Source of the DNA: a virus
Taxonomy: Duplodnaviria; Heunggongvirae; Uroviricota; Caudoviricetes
DNA: 32,996 nucleotides
Virus record (IMG/VR): IMGVR_UViG_2778261300_000002
Location: 1-32,996 of that record
Strand: one strand, 5' to 3'
Shown: positions 12,786 to 20,809 of the stretch, one piece after another
Layout: every line of letters starts with the position of its first letter
How positions within the stretch are numbered: position 1 is the first letter of the stretch
Translations under genes and position numbers: made by a program
The notes under the pieces: generated by a model
Told to the model about the DNA's origin: nothing
Databases searched by the model: none
Seen by the model: only the letters and a program-made list of their open reading frames with translations

Positions 12786-13164
12786 CGCCTCCTCCACCCC
12801 GCAGGCGGGAGAACAGGCCGGACACCAGCGATGCAATATCCTGCTGGTGGATGAACGAGAGAATCTTCACCGACACCACTGACACCAGCACTGCACACAG
12901 TGCGTCGACAGGCGCACCGTCAAACCCTGTACGCTTTACCAGCCAGGATGCCAGAACCTCTGCGTCCAGCACGCCGATAATGAACGACACCAGAAAATGC
13001 GCCGCCACACGCCAGGCTGAAAGCGCCTGCGGCATCGTTGCCACAAATAACGCCCCGGCGAACGCACCAAACACAATCCCGAAATCCGTTCCGGTAAACA
13101 GCCCGAATACCGTCGCCCCGCCGAGCGCCGCAGCCGTACCGGAACCGGATAAGGGTTCAGACAT
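12772..13164 (-). CDS. Putative holin
   Basis: 131 aa from the ATG at 13164 with GGGAGG Shine-Dalgarno; Gly/Ala-rich hydrophobic segments; first gene of the lysis cassette, preceded by a terminator. Confidence 0.6.
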   Translation of the reverse strand: MSEPLSGSGTAAALGGATVFGLFTGTDFGIVFGAFAGALFVATMPQALSAWRVAAHFLVSFIIGVLDAEVLASWLVKRTGFDGAPVDALCAVLVSVVSVKILSFIHQQDIASLVSGLFSRLRGGGGGNVK

Positions 13165-13180
13165 GCTTTTTCCTCCCACA

Positions 13181-13205
13181 AATAAAAAAGGGCCTCCAGC
13201 GGCCC
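13181..13205 (-). terminator. Rho-independent terminator directly upstream of the holin gene (tR'-like candidate)
   Basis: Minus-strand hairpin GGGCC-GCTGGA-GGCCC followed by TTTTTTATTT, 17 nt before the holin Shine-Dalgarno. Confidence 0.55.
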
Positions 13206-13327
13206 GTAAAAACACCCTGTCAAAGGCACCCGCAGATGCCTTTTGTGTGGTGTTATCTGATGTGATGTGCGCCGGGCGCGGCGCGGATATGAAAAAGGCC
13301 CGCCGGAGCGAGCCATACAAAACTGAA

Positions 13328-13354
13328 TAAAAAAAACCGCCCGGTAGAGGCGGT
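13328..13354 (-). terminator. Rho-independent terminator
   Basis: Minus-strand hairpin ACCGCC-TCTACCG-GGCGGT followed by TTTTTTTT. Confidence 0.5.
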
Positions 13355-13716
13355 TGGTCTATGCATGAGAATAAATCATTTTTATTGTAATAAAAATCAA
13401 GGCGTCGGGTGCCTCCCGAAGTATTCCACTTTACATGGATACTGTGGTTTCCCGCTAAATTGAATATATAAACCACCCTCGCACTGAGGAACGCCTCAAT
13501 TCATAGTTTTCGACACAGAGATTGCGCATCACCGGTTTTCCGGTGCTCCATGCTGCTTGCTTTCGGAGGCAAGCGCCATTTCTTATTCATAAAAAATACA
13601 GCACTGAATCTGCAACCGACCTTCGTAACAGAATGAGGGACGATAATAAAACTACCAAGGTCTGTTCCTCACGAAAAACGCCAGTGCTGTAAAAATTCAC
13701 AAAGCCAGAGTAATGA

Positions 13717-13792
13717 TGGAGCGAAGAACAGGAATCGAACCTGCATCATCAACTCAGAAGATTGATGGTAATAGCCATTATACGATCTCCGC
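13717..13792 (-). tRNA. tRNA-Arg(UCU)-like gene with atypical anticodon-stem/variable-loop geometry
   Basis: 76 nt: acceptor GCGGAGA/TCTTCGC, T-arm GCAGG-TTCGATT-CCTGT, anticodon loop CTTCTGA, encoded CCA. Anticodon stem folds as 6 bp with a 3-nt variable loop. The ORF-track peptide MMERRTGIEPA is this tRNA read as protein. Confidence 0.55.
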
Positions 13793-14145
13793 ATGCCGTA
13801 CTGGCTCACGGAATCACGTGAATTACCGGGAGCCAGCACTGGTCTTTCAGGTGACCTGTAACACCCCTGTTAACATAAAAGATAAACACCTTCCAGACCA
13901 CCGCAAATACTAACGGCAGTTTTTCAGACATCAAAATATATTTGGTATTCATTTTTAAATATATGTATACATCTGTATCAGAAATATATAACTTATATCA
14001 TTACTGAATTAAAAATATTGCGTTATTTCTCTGTCCGTCTGATTAAAACGTTCCTCCTCCAGTTCGATGCCAGTCGCGCGACGCCCTGCACTCAATGAAA
14101 AAGGCCCGCCGCAGCGTGCCTGTTTTCAATGAGTGCAAAGTTCAA

Positions 14146-14889
14146 TTATTCTTGAGTAACACTTAAACTCATCTCATTGAATGCAGCCATCCTGTAACCT
14201 GCCGGTGTAACACCAAAATAACTCCTGAATACGCTGATAAAATAAGATGTAAAATTATAGCCGCACTGAGCAGCGATTCTGTTGATGGCGCAACGAGATT
14301 GACTCAACAGCATTGCTGCCATTCTCATTCTCTCTGTAAGCAACAACTCACTGAAACAGGTGCCTTCTTCTTTCAGTCTTTTTTTTAACAAACTTTCACT
14401 GATACATAACCGCGAAGACACATCTCTCAGAGTCCAGTTTGCTGCAATGTCCGTACGAAACAATGCACTAAGCCTGTCACTAATATTGCTAATACACGCG
14501 GTCAGAAACGACGAAAACATTTTCTCTGATGAGAAAAACGCCAGACACGAAAAGGAAAGCATTTCCGCTAAATTGTCCGTATGAATCTTTTCCTCACAAA
14601 GATAATCAATCAGGATGCCCATCAATTCTGCCTTGGGAAAACTCACGCAAAGATATCGTGGTATTTGCCGGACTAAAACTACATCCTGTTTTTCGTCTCC
14701 ACACAACAGGTAACGGCTAATTGTCGATTCACTGAGACTTATTCGCCGAAAACATTCCGAAAAGGGCAATAACGATCCAGCTCCCCCCCTGACAAGAAGT
14801 GCACTACCACTTTCAAGAGAGAGCTCTTTTCCTTCAAAGAGCACAACAAACGGGGAATGAACAAAAACAACAGAACAGGCTTCATTCAT
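14146..14889 (-). CDS. AraC-family transcriptional regulator, AppY/EnvY/PatE-like
   Basis: Start at internal Met (MNEACSVVFV...) rather than the ORF-track start at 15042; C-terminal AraC HTH region (...ISESLLKKRLKEEGTCFSELLLTERMRMAAMLLSQSRCAINRIAAQCGYNFTSYFISVFRSYFGVTPAGY) resembles the prophage-encoded AppY family. Confidence 0.8.
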   Translation of the reverse strand: MNEACSVVFVHSPFVVLFEGKELSLESGSALLVRGGAGSLLPFSECFRRISLSESTISRYLLCGDEKQDVVLVRQIPRYLCVSFPKAELMGILIDYLCEEKIHTDNLAEMLSFSCLAFFSSEKMFSSFLTACISNISDRLSALFRTDIAANWTLRDVSSRLCISESLLKKRLKEEGTCFSELLLTERMRMAAMLLSQSRCAINRIAAQCGYNFTSYFISVFRSYFGVTPAGYRMAAFNEMSLSVTQE

Positions 14890-15118
14890 ATCAATTGCCC
14901 TGACATTACTGGTCACAAGATAAGTATATATCGATTTACAAAAATACAAGCCGAAAGACCAGTATTCGCAACCACCAGCACGTTTTATGTTCTCTGCCGT
15001 TTTTCGGACATAAAAAACCCGCTCAATGGCGGGTTGTATCAAAGTTCATGCGCTTGGTTCGCCTCGCGATACAGCTTTGCGAAGCATAGCAAAATTGAAG
15101 CAGTTTATACGTAAGAAA

Positions 15119-15661
15119 TCAAGCCATTTTCTCAGCAAATGATTCACGCATGGGAATATATAGGGCATACTCAGCAACGGCCAACCAATTAGCAATTCGC
15201 TTTTCGCATGTGCTAAAACACCACTCTGGGTGTGCATCATTTAGCAATTCAGCCATTTTGCGTTTGGTCATCCCCCGCCCCTCATACCGTTGACGAAGGA
15301 CGCTAATCAATCCTGGATGCTCTGCCAGCACCTCACTTATGACCCGATCAATACATAACGCCTCTGCATCAGTACAATGCACCAGCCAGCTTTTTTGCTT
15401 GCCGTTGATCATATCCCGCAAAAAATCCTCAAGTTCAGGTTTGTCCAGACCTGCTTTTTTCATCCTCCGGAGCGCCTCGTTAATTGCCGTTTTTGTCAGC
15501 TTTTTAGAGGTCAGGAACTGGTTGAACATATTTCCCGTCTTACCGCCGCCAATATACGACCAGCGCCCCCACATACGTAGTTTTCCCTGAATCCAGACAC
15601 TTTCCAGCGTGGTGAGACGAAGGTGTTCCCCGCTTTTGCCTGTATTTGTTGGGTAAATCAT
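15119..15661 (-). CDS. Late-gene antiterminator Q-like protein
   Basis: 180 aa from the ATG at 15661 (GGAGAAAGGAAGG Shine-Dalgarno; start overlaps the ybcO-like stop as ATGA); last nin-region gene before the late region; contains WGRW motif. Family assignment by position plus weak recall. Confidence 0.6.
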   Translation of the reverse strand: MIYPTNTGKSGEHLRLTTLESVWIQGKLRMWGRWSYIGGGKTGNMFNQFLTSKKLTKTAINEALRRMKKAGLDKPELEDFLRDMINGKQKSWLVHCTDAEALCIDRVISEVLAEHPGLISVLRQRYEGRGMTKRKMAELLNDAHPEWCFSTCEKRIANWLAVAEYALYIPMRESFAEKMA

Positions 15662-15948
15662 AAATAACCTTCCTTTCTCCAGATTTCTTGTGTGCGAAAA
15701 ACACCTTCTGCATGCATCAGGCGTAATTCTTCTTTGGTGTAATCGCTGGTTTTTACCCGCCCGTCGATTAAATCGTGGCACGAGCTACAGGCAATCGCTG
15801 CCTGCATATCGTGTGGCTTTATCGCTGTTCCGCACGTTCCCGCCAGTCGGTAATGCGCCAGTACAGACGTTTCGGGATTGTGATTGCAGTAGCCAGGAAT
15901 TCTGACCTGGCACATCTGGCCCCGCGCCGCTTTACGTAAATCCACCAT
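15658..15948 (-). CDS. DUF1364 protein (YbcO-like putative nuclease)
   Basis: 96 aa, MVDLRKAARGQMCQVRIPGYCNHNPETSVLAHYRLAGTCGTAIKPHDMQAAIACSSCHDLIDGR... resembles DLP12 YbcO, Cys-rich. Confidence 0.8.
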   Translation of the reverse strand: MVDLRKAARGQMCQVRIPGYCNHNPETSVLAHYRLAGTCGTAIKPHDMQAAIACSSCHDLIDGRVKTSDYTKEELRLMHAEGVFRTQEIWRKEGYL

Positions 15949-16547
15949 TACGCAAACTCCAGTAACTGCGCGGCCACATTTTCGACCTGTTCCGGAGAGG
16001 AAAATTTACGGAACAGGATCCAGTTCCACAGCACATTCAGTACAGATTTATAAACCTGCTGAAACTCGGTTTCGTCCATATTCGCAAACGCGATGGATTT
16101 CGCCCTGCGCCCACGGCTACCGTCCGGATAAATATGCTCGGTGTAAAATCCGGCCTGAATGGTTACCCACTCGCGGAAAGCCTCAAATGACTTTAGCAAT
16201 GCCGTATCCCGGGTTCTGCGTATCGCAACGGTATTCAGATATTGCTCTGCGGCTTCGCTCAGAGCTGGCGTATGTTCCCGGCCTACTGACTCGCACAGGT
16301 AATCAACGAATCCTGATACCAGTTCTCGTTCTCGAGGCGTGATCGCCCCACCGATAGGAGTCCAGTAATCGAATCCCAGTTGCAGGAGTTTGAAAAAACG
16401 CTTGTGGAATGCGTAGTTACGCACACGCTTAAAGTCTGCGTGTATCAACTCACCTATTTTGATTTGATGCAAAAAATCGCAACTCTCCGGCGTCGCCGGG
16501 AGAAGTAAACCAGAAGAAGTTTGTTTGACCAGTTGTATATGCGCCAT
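15948..16547 (-). CDS. DUF1367 protein (YbcN-like)
   Basis: 199 aa, MAHIQLVKQTSSGLLLPATPESCDFL...ERELVSGFVDYL...KSIAFANMDETEFQQVYKSVLNVLWNWI... resembles DLP12 YbcN. Confidence 0.8.
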   Translation of the reverse strand: MAHIQLVKQTSSGLLLPATPESCDFLHQIKIGELIHADFKRVRNYAFHKRFFKLLQLGFDYWTPIGGAITPRERELVSGFVDYLCESVGREHTPALSEAAEQYLNTVAIRRTRDTALLKSFEAFREWVTIQAGFYTEHIYPDGSRGRRAKSIAFANMDETEFQQVYKSVLNVLWNWILFRKFSSPEQVENVAAQLLEFA

Positions 16548-16617
16548 CGTTGTTCTCCGCTGGCGCAGTAGAATGGGTGTTCAGCCCGTTTGTAGTATAC
16601 CAGAATTAATGTCACTA

Positions 16618-16830
16618 CTAGCAGGATGCTCTGATTCGCAATTCTTCCGCCAACTTGTCATCACCCATGATGTCGCTCGCCCGCATTGGCAAAAATATTG
16701 CTTTATCTCCTTTACGGTACATTATGGCCCTTTCGCTATCAGGAAAATGGTCCATTTCTACCATTACCGCAAGATCATCACGCCTTATGATCGCGTACTT
16801 ACGCTTAATGGTCGATTTAATATTTTTCAC
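16618..16830 (-). CDS. Hypothetical small protein
   Basis: 70-aa ORF with GTG start preceded by AGGAGG at optimal spacing; no family recognised. Confidence 0.45.
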   Translation of the reverse strand: MKNIKSTIKRKYAIIRRDDLAVMVEMDHFPDSERAIMYRKGDKAIFLPMRASDIMGDDKLAEELRIRASC

Positions 16831-17026
16831 TATGCCTCCTAACTACGAAAGGAAAAGTAAAATGTGCGGTGTATCAAAAAATTAATTTGGCGCGTGAATA
16901 TAACCATTGAAACAGGTTGTTTCACGATCATTTTTTGTTGCTTTTTTGCTCGCGCACATGGACATTTTTTATGCGTTTAGTTTCTAATCCAATAGTTGGT
17001 CGTTTTTTGATTTTGTTTTTTCAGGC

Positions 17027-17049
17027 AACAAAAAACCCGCCGAAGCAGG
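17027..17049 (-). terminator. Rho-independent terminator at the 3' end of the hok-like locus
   Basis: Minus-strand hairpin CCTGC-TTCG-GCGGG followed by TTTTTTGTT. Confidence 0.5.
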
Positions 17050-17139
17050 TTAAGTGCGGTTGCGTTGAAGTCTCCTAGCCAAAGAGTAGCGGTGACAACT
17101 CCCCGCCGATAATCTTAGTTGTTTAATTTCGTAAGCTAA

Positions 17140-17265
17140 CTAGGCTAAAAGATCTATGTTCCCTTGCTTGATGTGCAACTCGCAAGGCGAACCGCGAACC
17201 ATCCAGACCAAAACCAGAATGGTGCAACAAACCACCACCAGACAGAACACATAGTTCCTTCGCAT
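17140..17265 (-). CDS. Hok/Gef-family type I toxin homolog (41 aa, ends at an in-frame TAG; possibly truncated or a pseudogene)
   Basis: Translation MRRNYVFCLVVVCCTILVLVWMVRGSPCELHIKQGNIDLLA has the Hok layout (single TM, then CE-x-[HR]-x-[KR] motif). In-frame TAG is immediately followed by codons for LAYE, the conserved Hok C-terminal motif. Below the 60-aa ORF-track cutoff. Confidence 0.55.
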   Translation of the reverse strand: MRRNYVFCLVVVCCTILVLVWMVRGSPCELHIKQGNIDLLA

Positions 17266-17482
17266 GTATGTTGATTTGAAATTTAGTGGGGAGACATTCC
17301 TGTAGGCAATCTTTGATGGAAACCAGTTAATACTTTATAGTGATATCTCAGATAGTTAAACGCAAGTTAACTTTGTGATTGTTCATATACCCGCATTTTG
17401 TTATAACGAATACTATAGGCAATATGTACTAGACTCATATACAATGACTACATGAGAGCAGGAGAAAAATCTGGAGGTTACG

Positions 17483-17701
17483 ATGGCAAATTTTATACCA
17501 CGCATTTTAGGACTGAAATCAGCCGAAAAGGAAATGCAACTTGCCGAGCGCATCGAAAAATCAGGCGCTACGGAAGTAGAAGTTGTTGGACGCGGTGGTG
17601 TGATAACTTCAAAACAAGCTCTCGCATCATCTGAAACAGTTAAACTTATGAGATTTGAAGCGAAAAAAATAGTCGCTCAAACACCGACTAATAAAGAATA
17701 A
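17483..17701 (+). CDS. Hypothetical small protein (72 aa), first gene of a two-gene cassette
   Basis: ATG at 17483 with GGAGG Shine-Dalgarno 7 nt upstream; stop 2 nt before the next ATG (coupled); AT-rich. Confidence 0.5.
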   Translation: MANFIPRILGLKSAEKEMQLAERIEKSGATEVEVVGRGGVITSKQALASSETVKLMRFEAKKIVAQTPTNKE

Positions 17702-17703
17702 AT

Positions 17704-18468
17704 ATGTTTGCATTCTTGATTATTCCTTTGTTGGTGAGCGGTTTTATTATTATAACCACTCATCCATATCATTTTTACAGATTACATCGTTATGATGGAC
17801 AACTTTTGTATATGAAAGCAGCAAAATACGGACTTTGGTGTCTGATTTGGTCTGTATTTATTGCTTTCGCAATCAAATATTACCTTCCTTCAGTTCATAT
17901 TGTGACTCAAGTCTCACAATCATTGAGTTTAGGAGAAAATTCATATCAAAAAAGAATCACTGTCTGGTTGATCCTTCTTTCGTGTACATCTGTAGTAATT
18001 GCATGGCTGTCAGGTATAATTACGAATTGGTTTACAACTTTTCGTAGCCAAATGATTTATAAACTATTATATAAAAAAGATATAAGTATAGAAGATAGCA
18101 AAGAGTTAGTTAAATTAAGGACATTGCAAGATTTAGTCACCGAAGGATCAATGGATAGTGTTTTTTTTGATTCACTGATAGATAGAAAATCAATTCTGAT
18201 TAGTATGAATAACAAAAAAGTCTATGTCGGAATTGTCAACGCATTAGGAGAGCCAAATGAAAAAGACGGCCCAAACCAGCAAATTTCTATTCTTCCCATT
18301 ATGTCTGGATACCGAGAAAATGATACATTAAATGTATGCTTTACTAATGATTATAACAATATAGAAGATTATGATACAAGTGTTATCATTCCAGTTTCCC
18401 AGATCACTCAAGTTTCATGGTTCACCATTGAAGTTCATGATAAAGTTAATAACAACTGTAAAAGTTAG
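17704..18468 (+). CDS. Hypothetical membrane protein (254 aa; three N-terminal TM helices plus soluble C-terminal domain)
   Basis: Hydrophobic segments FAFLIIPLLVSGFIIITT, LWCLIWSVFIAFAIKYYL, ITVWLILLSCTSVVIAWLSGII; AT-rich; ends at a bidirectional terminator shared with the S8 protease gene. Confidence 0.6.
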   Translation: MFAFLIIPLLVSGFIIITTHPYHFYRLHRYDGQLLYMKAAKYGLWCLIWSVFIAFAIKYYLPSVHIVTQVSQSLSLGENSYQKRITVWLILLSCTSVVIAWLSGIITNWFTTFRSQMIYKLLYKKDISIEDSKELVKLRTLQDLVTEGSMDSVFFDSLIDRKSILISMNNKKVYVGIVNALGEPNEKDGPNQQISILPIMSGYRENDTLNVCFTNDYNNIEDYDTSVIIPVSQITQVSWFTIEVHDKVNNNCKS

Positions 18469-18490
18469 TCAAACTTTATGATTAATTAAC

Positions 18491-18518
18491 AAAAAGAGGC
18501 CTAACGGCCTCTTTATTT
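18491..18518. terminator. Bidirectional rho-independent terminator between convergent genes
   Basis: AAAAA-GAGGCC-TAAC-GGCCTC-TTTATTT; serves the plus-strand membrane protein gene and the minus-strand S8 protease gene. Confidence 0.7.
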
Positions 18519-20772
18519 AGCGTATCTGGATTCTTTCCTCATTACTTACTATTATATCATCACTTTCCCAACCTAATAAATCAAGTTCAGAAACGGCTTC
18601 AGAATAAATATCTTTATCCGCAGATAACGAACGTAAAGTAATCAGCAATACAGCCCGCTGTGGAAACTCAAGTTTATCTTGCTCTGCTCTACGTTGCACA
18701 TCTATTTTTAGTCTCCACGTATTCCCTTGTGTGCCTTGAGGGTACTTTTTCCTATACACTTTTATTGGTGACCATTTAAAACCATTCTCTATGAGATACT
18801 TCTCATATAATTCACTTTTATCCTTTACTTGAGGCACCTTGCTTATGTGTTTTCTTTTTTTTGTTTTATCAAAGTCGTATGTTCCAAAAGAAACATCTAC
18901 ATTAGATCGGCAATATTCTGAAGGGTAGTTCGGATCTAATGGCGGAGAGTAAACAAGAGTCATTAATATCTCTCCTGTAAATTTTCCCTCATCATTTTTT
19001 AAAGAATTAGGGATTACAAATGGATAGCGACCAAACTCTTCACCTTCAAGAGTATTAACTTCAAAAAGAAATGTTATTTCATTTTTCTTACAAGATAACA
19101 TATCTGAAATATTATCTTTTGGAATACCAAAACCATGATAATTTATTTCTTTTGGATCAATTTGATCCGTTCGCTCTAACATCGCTGAATGAATGATTAA
19201 TGCTTTCACTCTTTCCGGTGATGGTGAAATATTGCTATTTAATTGCAGCTCATGCCATGTTGCAGCTGCAATACTTGAGATTAGTGGAGTGGAGAGGCTT
19301 GTACCAACAGATTCCGATAAGTGACCATTATCTCCAATAGCAAATATTCCTAAATCAGAAAAATCAAGATTTGCCCTGCAGTTCCCACCAAAATGAGTAA
19401 CTTCAGGTTTTGGAATACAGGAAGGCCCGGGGCCTCTTCTGGAAAAGGATGATGGTTGGTTTGCTTTTACAATGGAGTCGGCACAATCTACATGTGCAAC
19501 AGATCCCACCGTCAAAGCTCGCACAGAATCCCCCGGAGCGGAAATACGATCACAATCTGATAGCTCCTGAGGCGGCCAAGTGCGTTGCGGTAAAGATTCG
19601 TAATTACCAGATGCAACAACAAAAAGGCATCCATGTTCATCATGCAAATAACTCAACAAATGACCAAGTTCGGAAAAATTATCACTATGGCAGGCTTCTT
19701 TCTGTCCGAGAGATAGATTCCATATTTTTACTTCAGGGAAATCCTCAACAGCTGTTGTAATTATATTCGCAAGTTCTGGTAGTGATAGTTCTGTATCCGC
19801 AGGAAACGCTGCAATATCAACCACCTCCGCATGTGTATTAGGAAACCCTTCGTAGTTTCTATTTAACCCTTTACTATCAATGATTAAACTTGCCACCATA
19901 TTGCCGTGAGTATAATCGGCCTTCCTTCCATTAAGAAAGCTCCTTCTTCCCCATACCCATGGAGAGATATCCCTATTGTTTGGGTCAATACCACTATCTA
20001 TTATCCCTACTAATGGATAATGTGCATCTACATCAGGAATCGGTAATAATGCCTTTTTTTCGGCTGCTGTTTTTGATATTATTGCTTCACTATTATCCAG
20101 CTTAAAAGTGGGCATTGGCTGTAACTTCCTAACACCAATGAAATTTGATAATTCATAAATGTTGTTATTTTCAGGAACTTCAAAATAAAAAATATCATTT
20201 CCAATCGTGTGTTTATTTGGCTCAGGAATATTTAACTCAGCCATCATTAATTTCAATGACTCTTCAAGGGATTTATTTTTCTTCCTATTCCTGTGATCAA
20301 ATAATTTCAAGATATATGTTTTGGCCCCCTCATCTGCTATTCTGTCACAAATGAAGGGTTCGATTTTATCAATAACAGCAATATGGAGCGTACCATTTTT
20401 GGTTTTCGTGCTATTTTGTATTTTAGATTCAAGCCTAGAAAGGCCCTCTTCGGTTACACTTACTAATAATTCACCCAAATTACAACTACCAATTACGGGA
20501 CAGGTTTTGTCTCCAAGCAAACTAGTAGGACGATGTGATTTCGCTAAAGCTTTATCATGCAGAGTAACTTTTGCTACCGCAGGCACTCCCGGCCACTTTC
20601 GGAATGAGTCTCTAAAGTGTTCGGACACACATCTAACTTCATTTTTGAGCCTAGATAATAACTCTTTTGTTACTGGGCGAATGGGTTCCTTTTCAGTAAA
20701 ACCGTAGGTTTTGTCATTAAAATCTTTTGCAAATGTCTTAATGATTTTTATGGGCCTTTCAACTTTGCTCAT
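18517..20772 (-). CDS. S8 subtilase-family serine protease (IetS-like)
   Basis: 751 aa; catalytic triad motifs VGIIDSGID (Asp), HGNMVAS (His), GTSLSTP (Ser); about 240-aa N-terminal and 200-aa C-terminal extensions; AT-rich. Confidence 0.8.
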   Translation of the reverse strand: MSKVERPIKIIKTFAKDFNDKTYGFTEKEPIRPVTKELLSRLKNEVRCVSEHFRDSFRKWPGVPAVAKVTLHDKALAKSHRPTSLLGDKTCPVIGSCNLGELLVSVTEEGLSRLESKIQNSTKTKNGTLHIAVIDKIEPFICDRIADEGAKTYILKLFDHRNRKKNKSLEESLKLMMAELNIPEPNKHTIGNDIFYFEVPENNNIYELSNFIGVRKLQPMPTFKLDNSEAIISKTAAEKKALLPIPDVDAHYPLVGIIDSGIDPNNRDISPWVWGRRSFLNGRKADYTHGNMVASLIIDSKGLNRNYEGFPNTHAEVVDIAAFPADTELSLPELANIITTAVEDFPEVKIWNLSLGQKEACHSDNFSELGHLLSYLHDEHGCLFVVASGNYESLPQRTWPPQELSDCDRISAPGDSVRALTVGSVAHVDCADSIVKANQPSSFSRRGPGPSCIPKPEVTHFGGNCRANLDFSDLGIFAIGDNGHLSESVGTSLSTPLISSIAAATWHELQLNSNISPSPERVKALIIHSAMLERTDQIDPKEINYHGFGIPKDNISDMLSCKKNEITFLFEVNTLEGEEFGRYPFVIPNSLKNDEGKFTGEILMTLVYSPPLDPNYPSEYCRSNVDVSFGTYDFDKTKKRKHISKVPQVKDKSELYEKYLIENGFKWSPIKVYRKKYPQGTQGNTWRLKIDVQRRAEQDKLEFPQRAVLLITLRSLSADKDIYSEAVSELDLLGWESDDIIVSNEERIQIR

Positions 20773-20809
20773 TCATTTTTCCTTTACAATTTTCCAGTTC
20801 TATTTTTAA

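Noticed and set aside
12782-13330. 182-aa plus-strand ORF and 12936..13316 minus-strand ORF overlapping the holin gene
   Set aside because: Wrong-frame or antisense reading of the GC-rich holin region; Pro/Arg-rich product; the holin frame has a strong RBS and coupled downstream genes.
13801-13836. Possible second tRNA next to the first, suggested by the inverted repeat CTGGCTC...GAGCCAG and an ...GAGCCA 3' end
   Set aside because: Could not be folded into a cloverleaf: no T-arm with a GTTCGA-type loop and no D-arm.
13713-13913. 66-aa plus-strand ORF beginning MMERRTGIEPA
   Set aside because: GIEPA is the classic translation of a tRNA T-arm read on the opposite strand; the interval is the tRNA-Arg-like gene on the minus strand.
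14360-14720. Plus-strand ORFs 14360..14584 and 14529..14720 inside the AraC-like gene
   Set aside because: Antisense to a gene with clear AraC-family HTH homology; no RBS.
17835-18047. 70-aa alternative-frame ORF inside the membrane-protein gene
   Set aside because: Fully nested in a longer ORF with coherent TM topology and translational coupling to the upstream gene.
19410-20707. Plus-strand ORFs (19410..19760, 20145..20354, 20321..20707) antisense to the S8 protease gene, and 21103..21734 ORFs antisense to the ATPase gene
   Set aside because: Antisense to genes with intact catalytic and Walker motifs; AT-rich sequence yields spurious ORFs.
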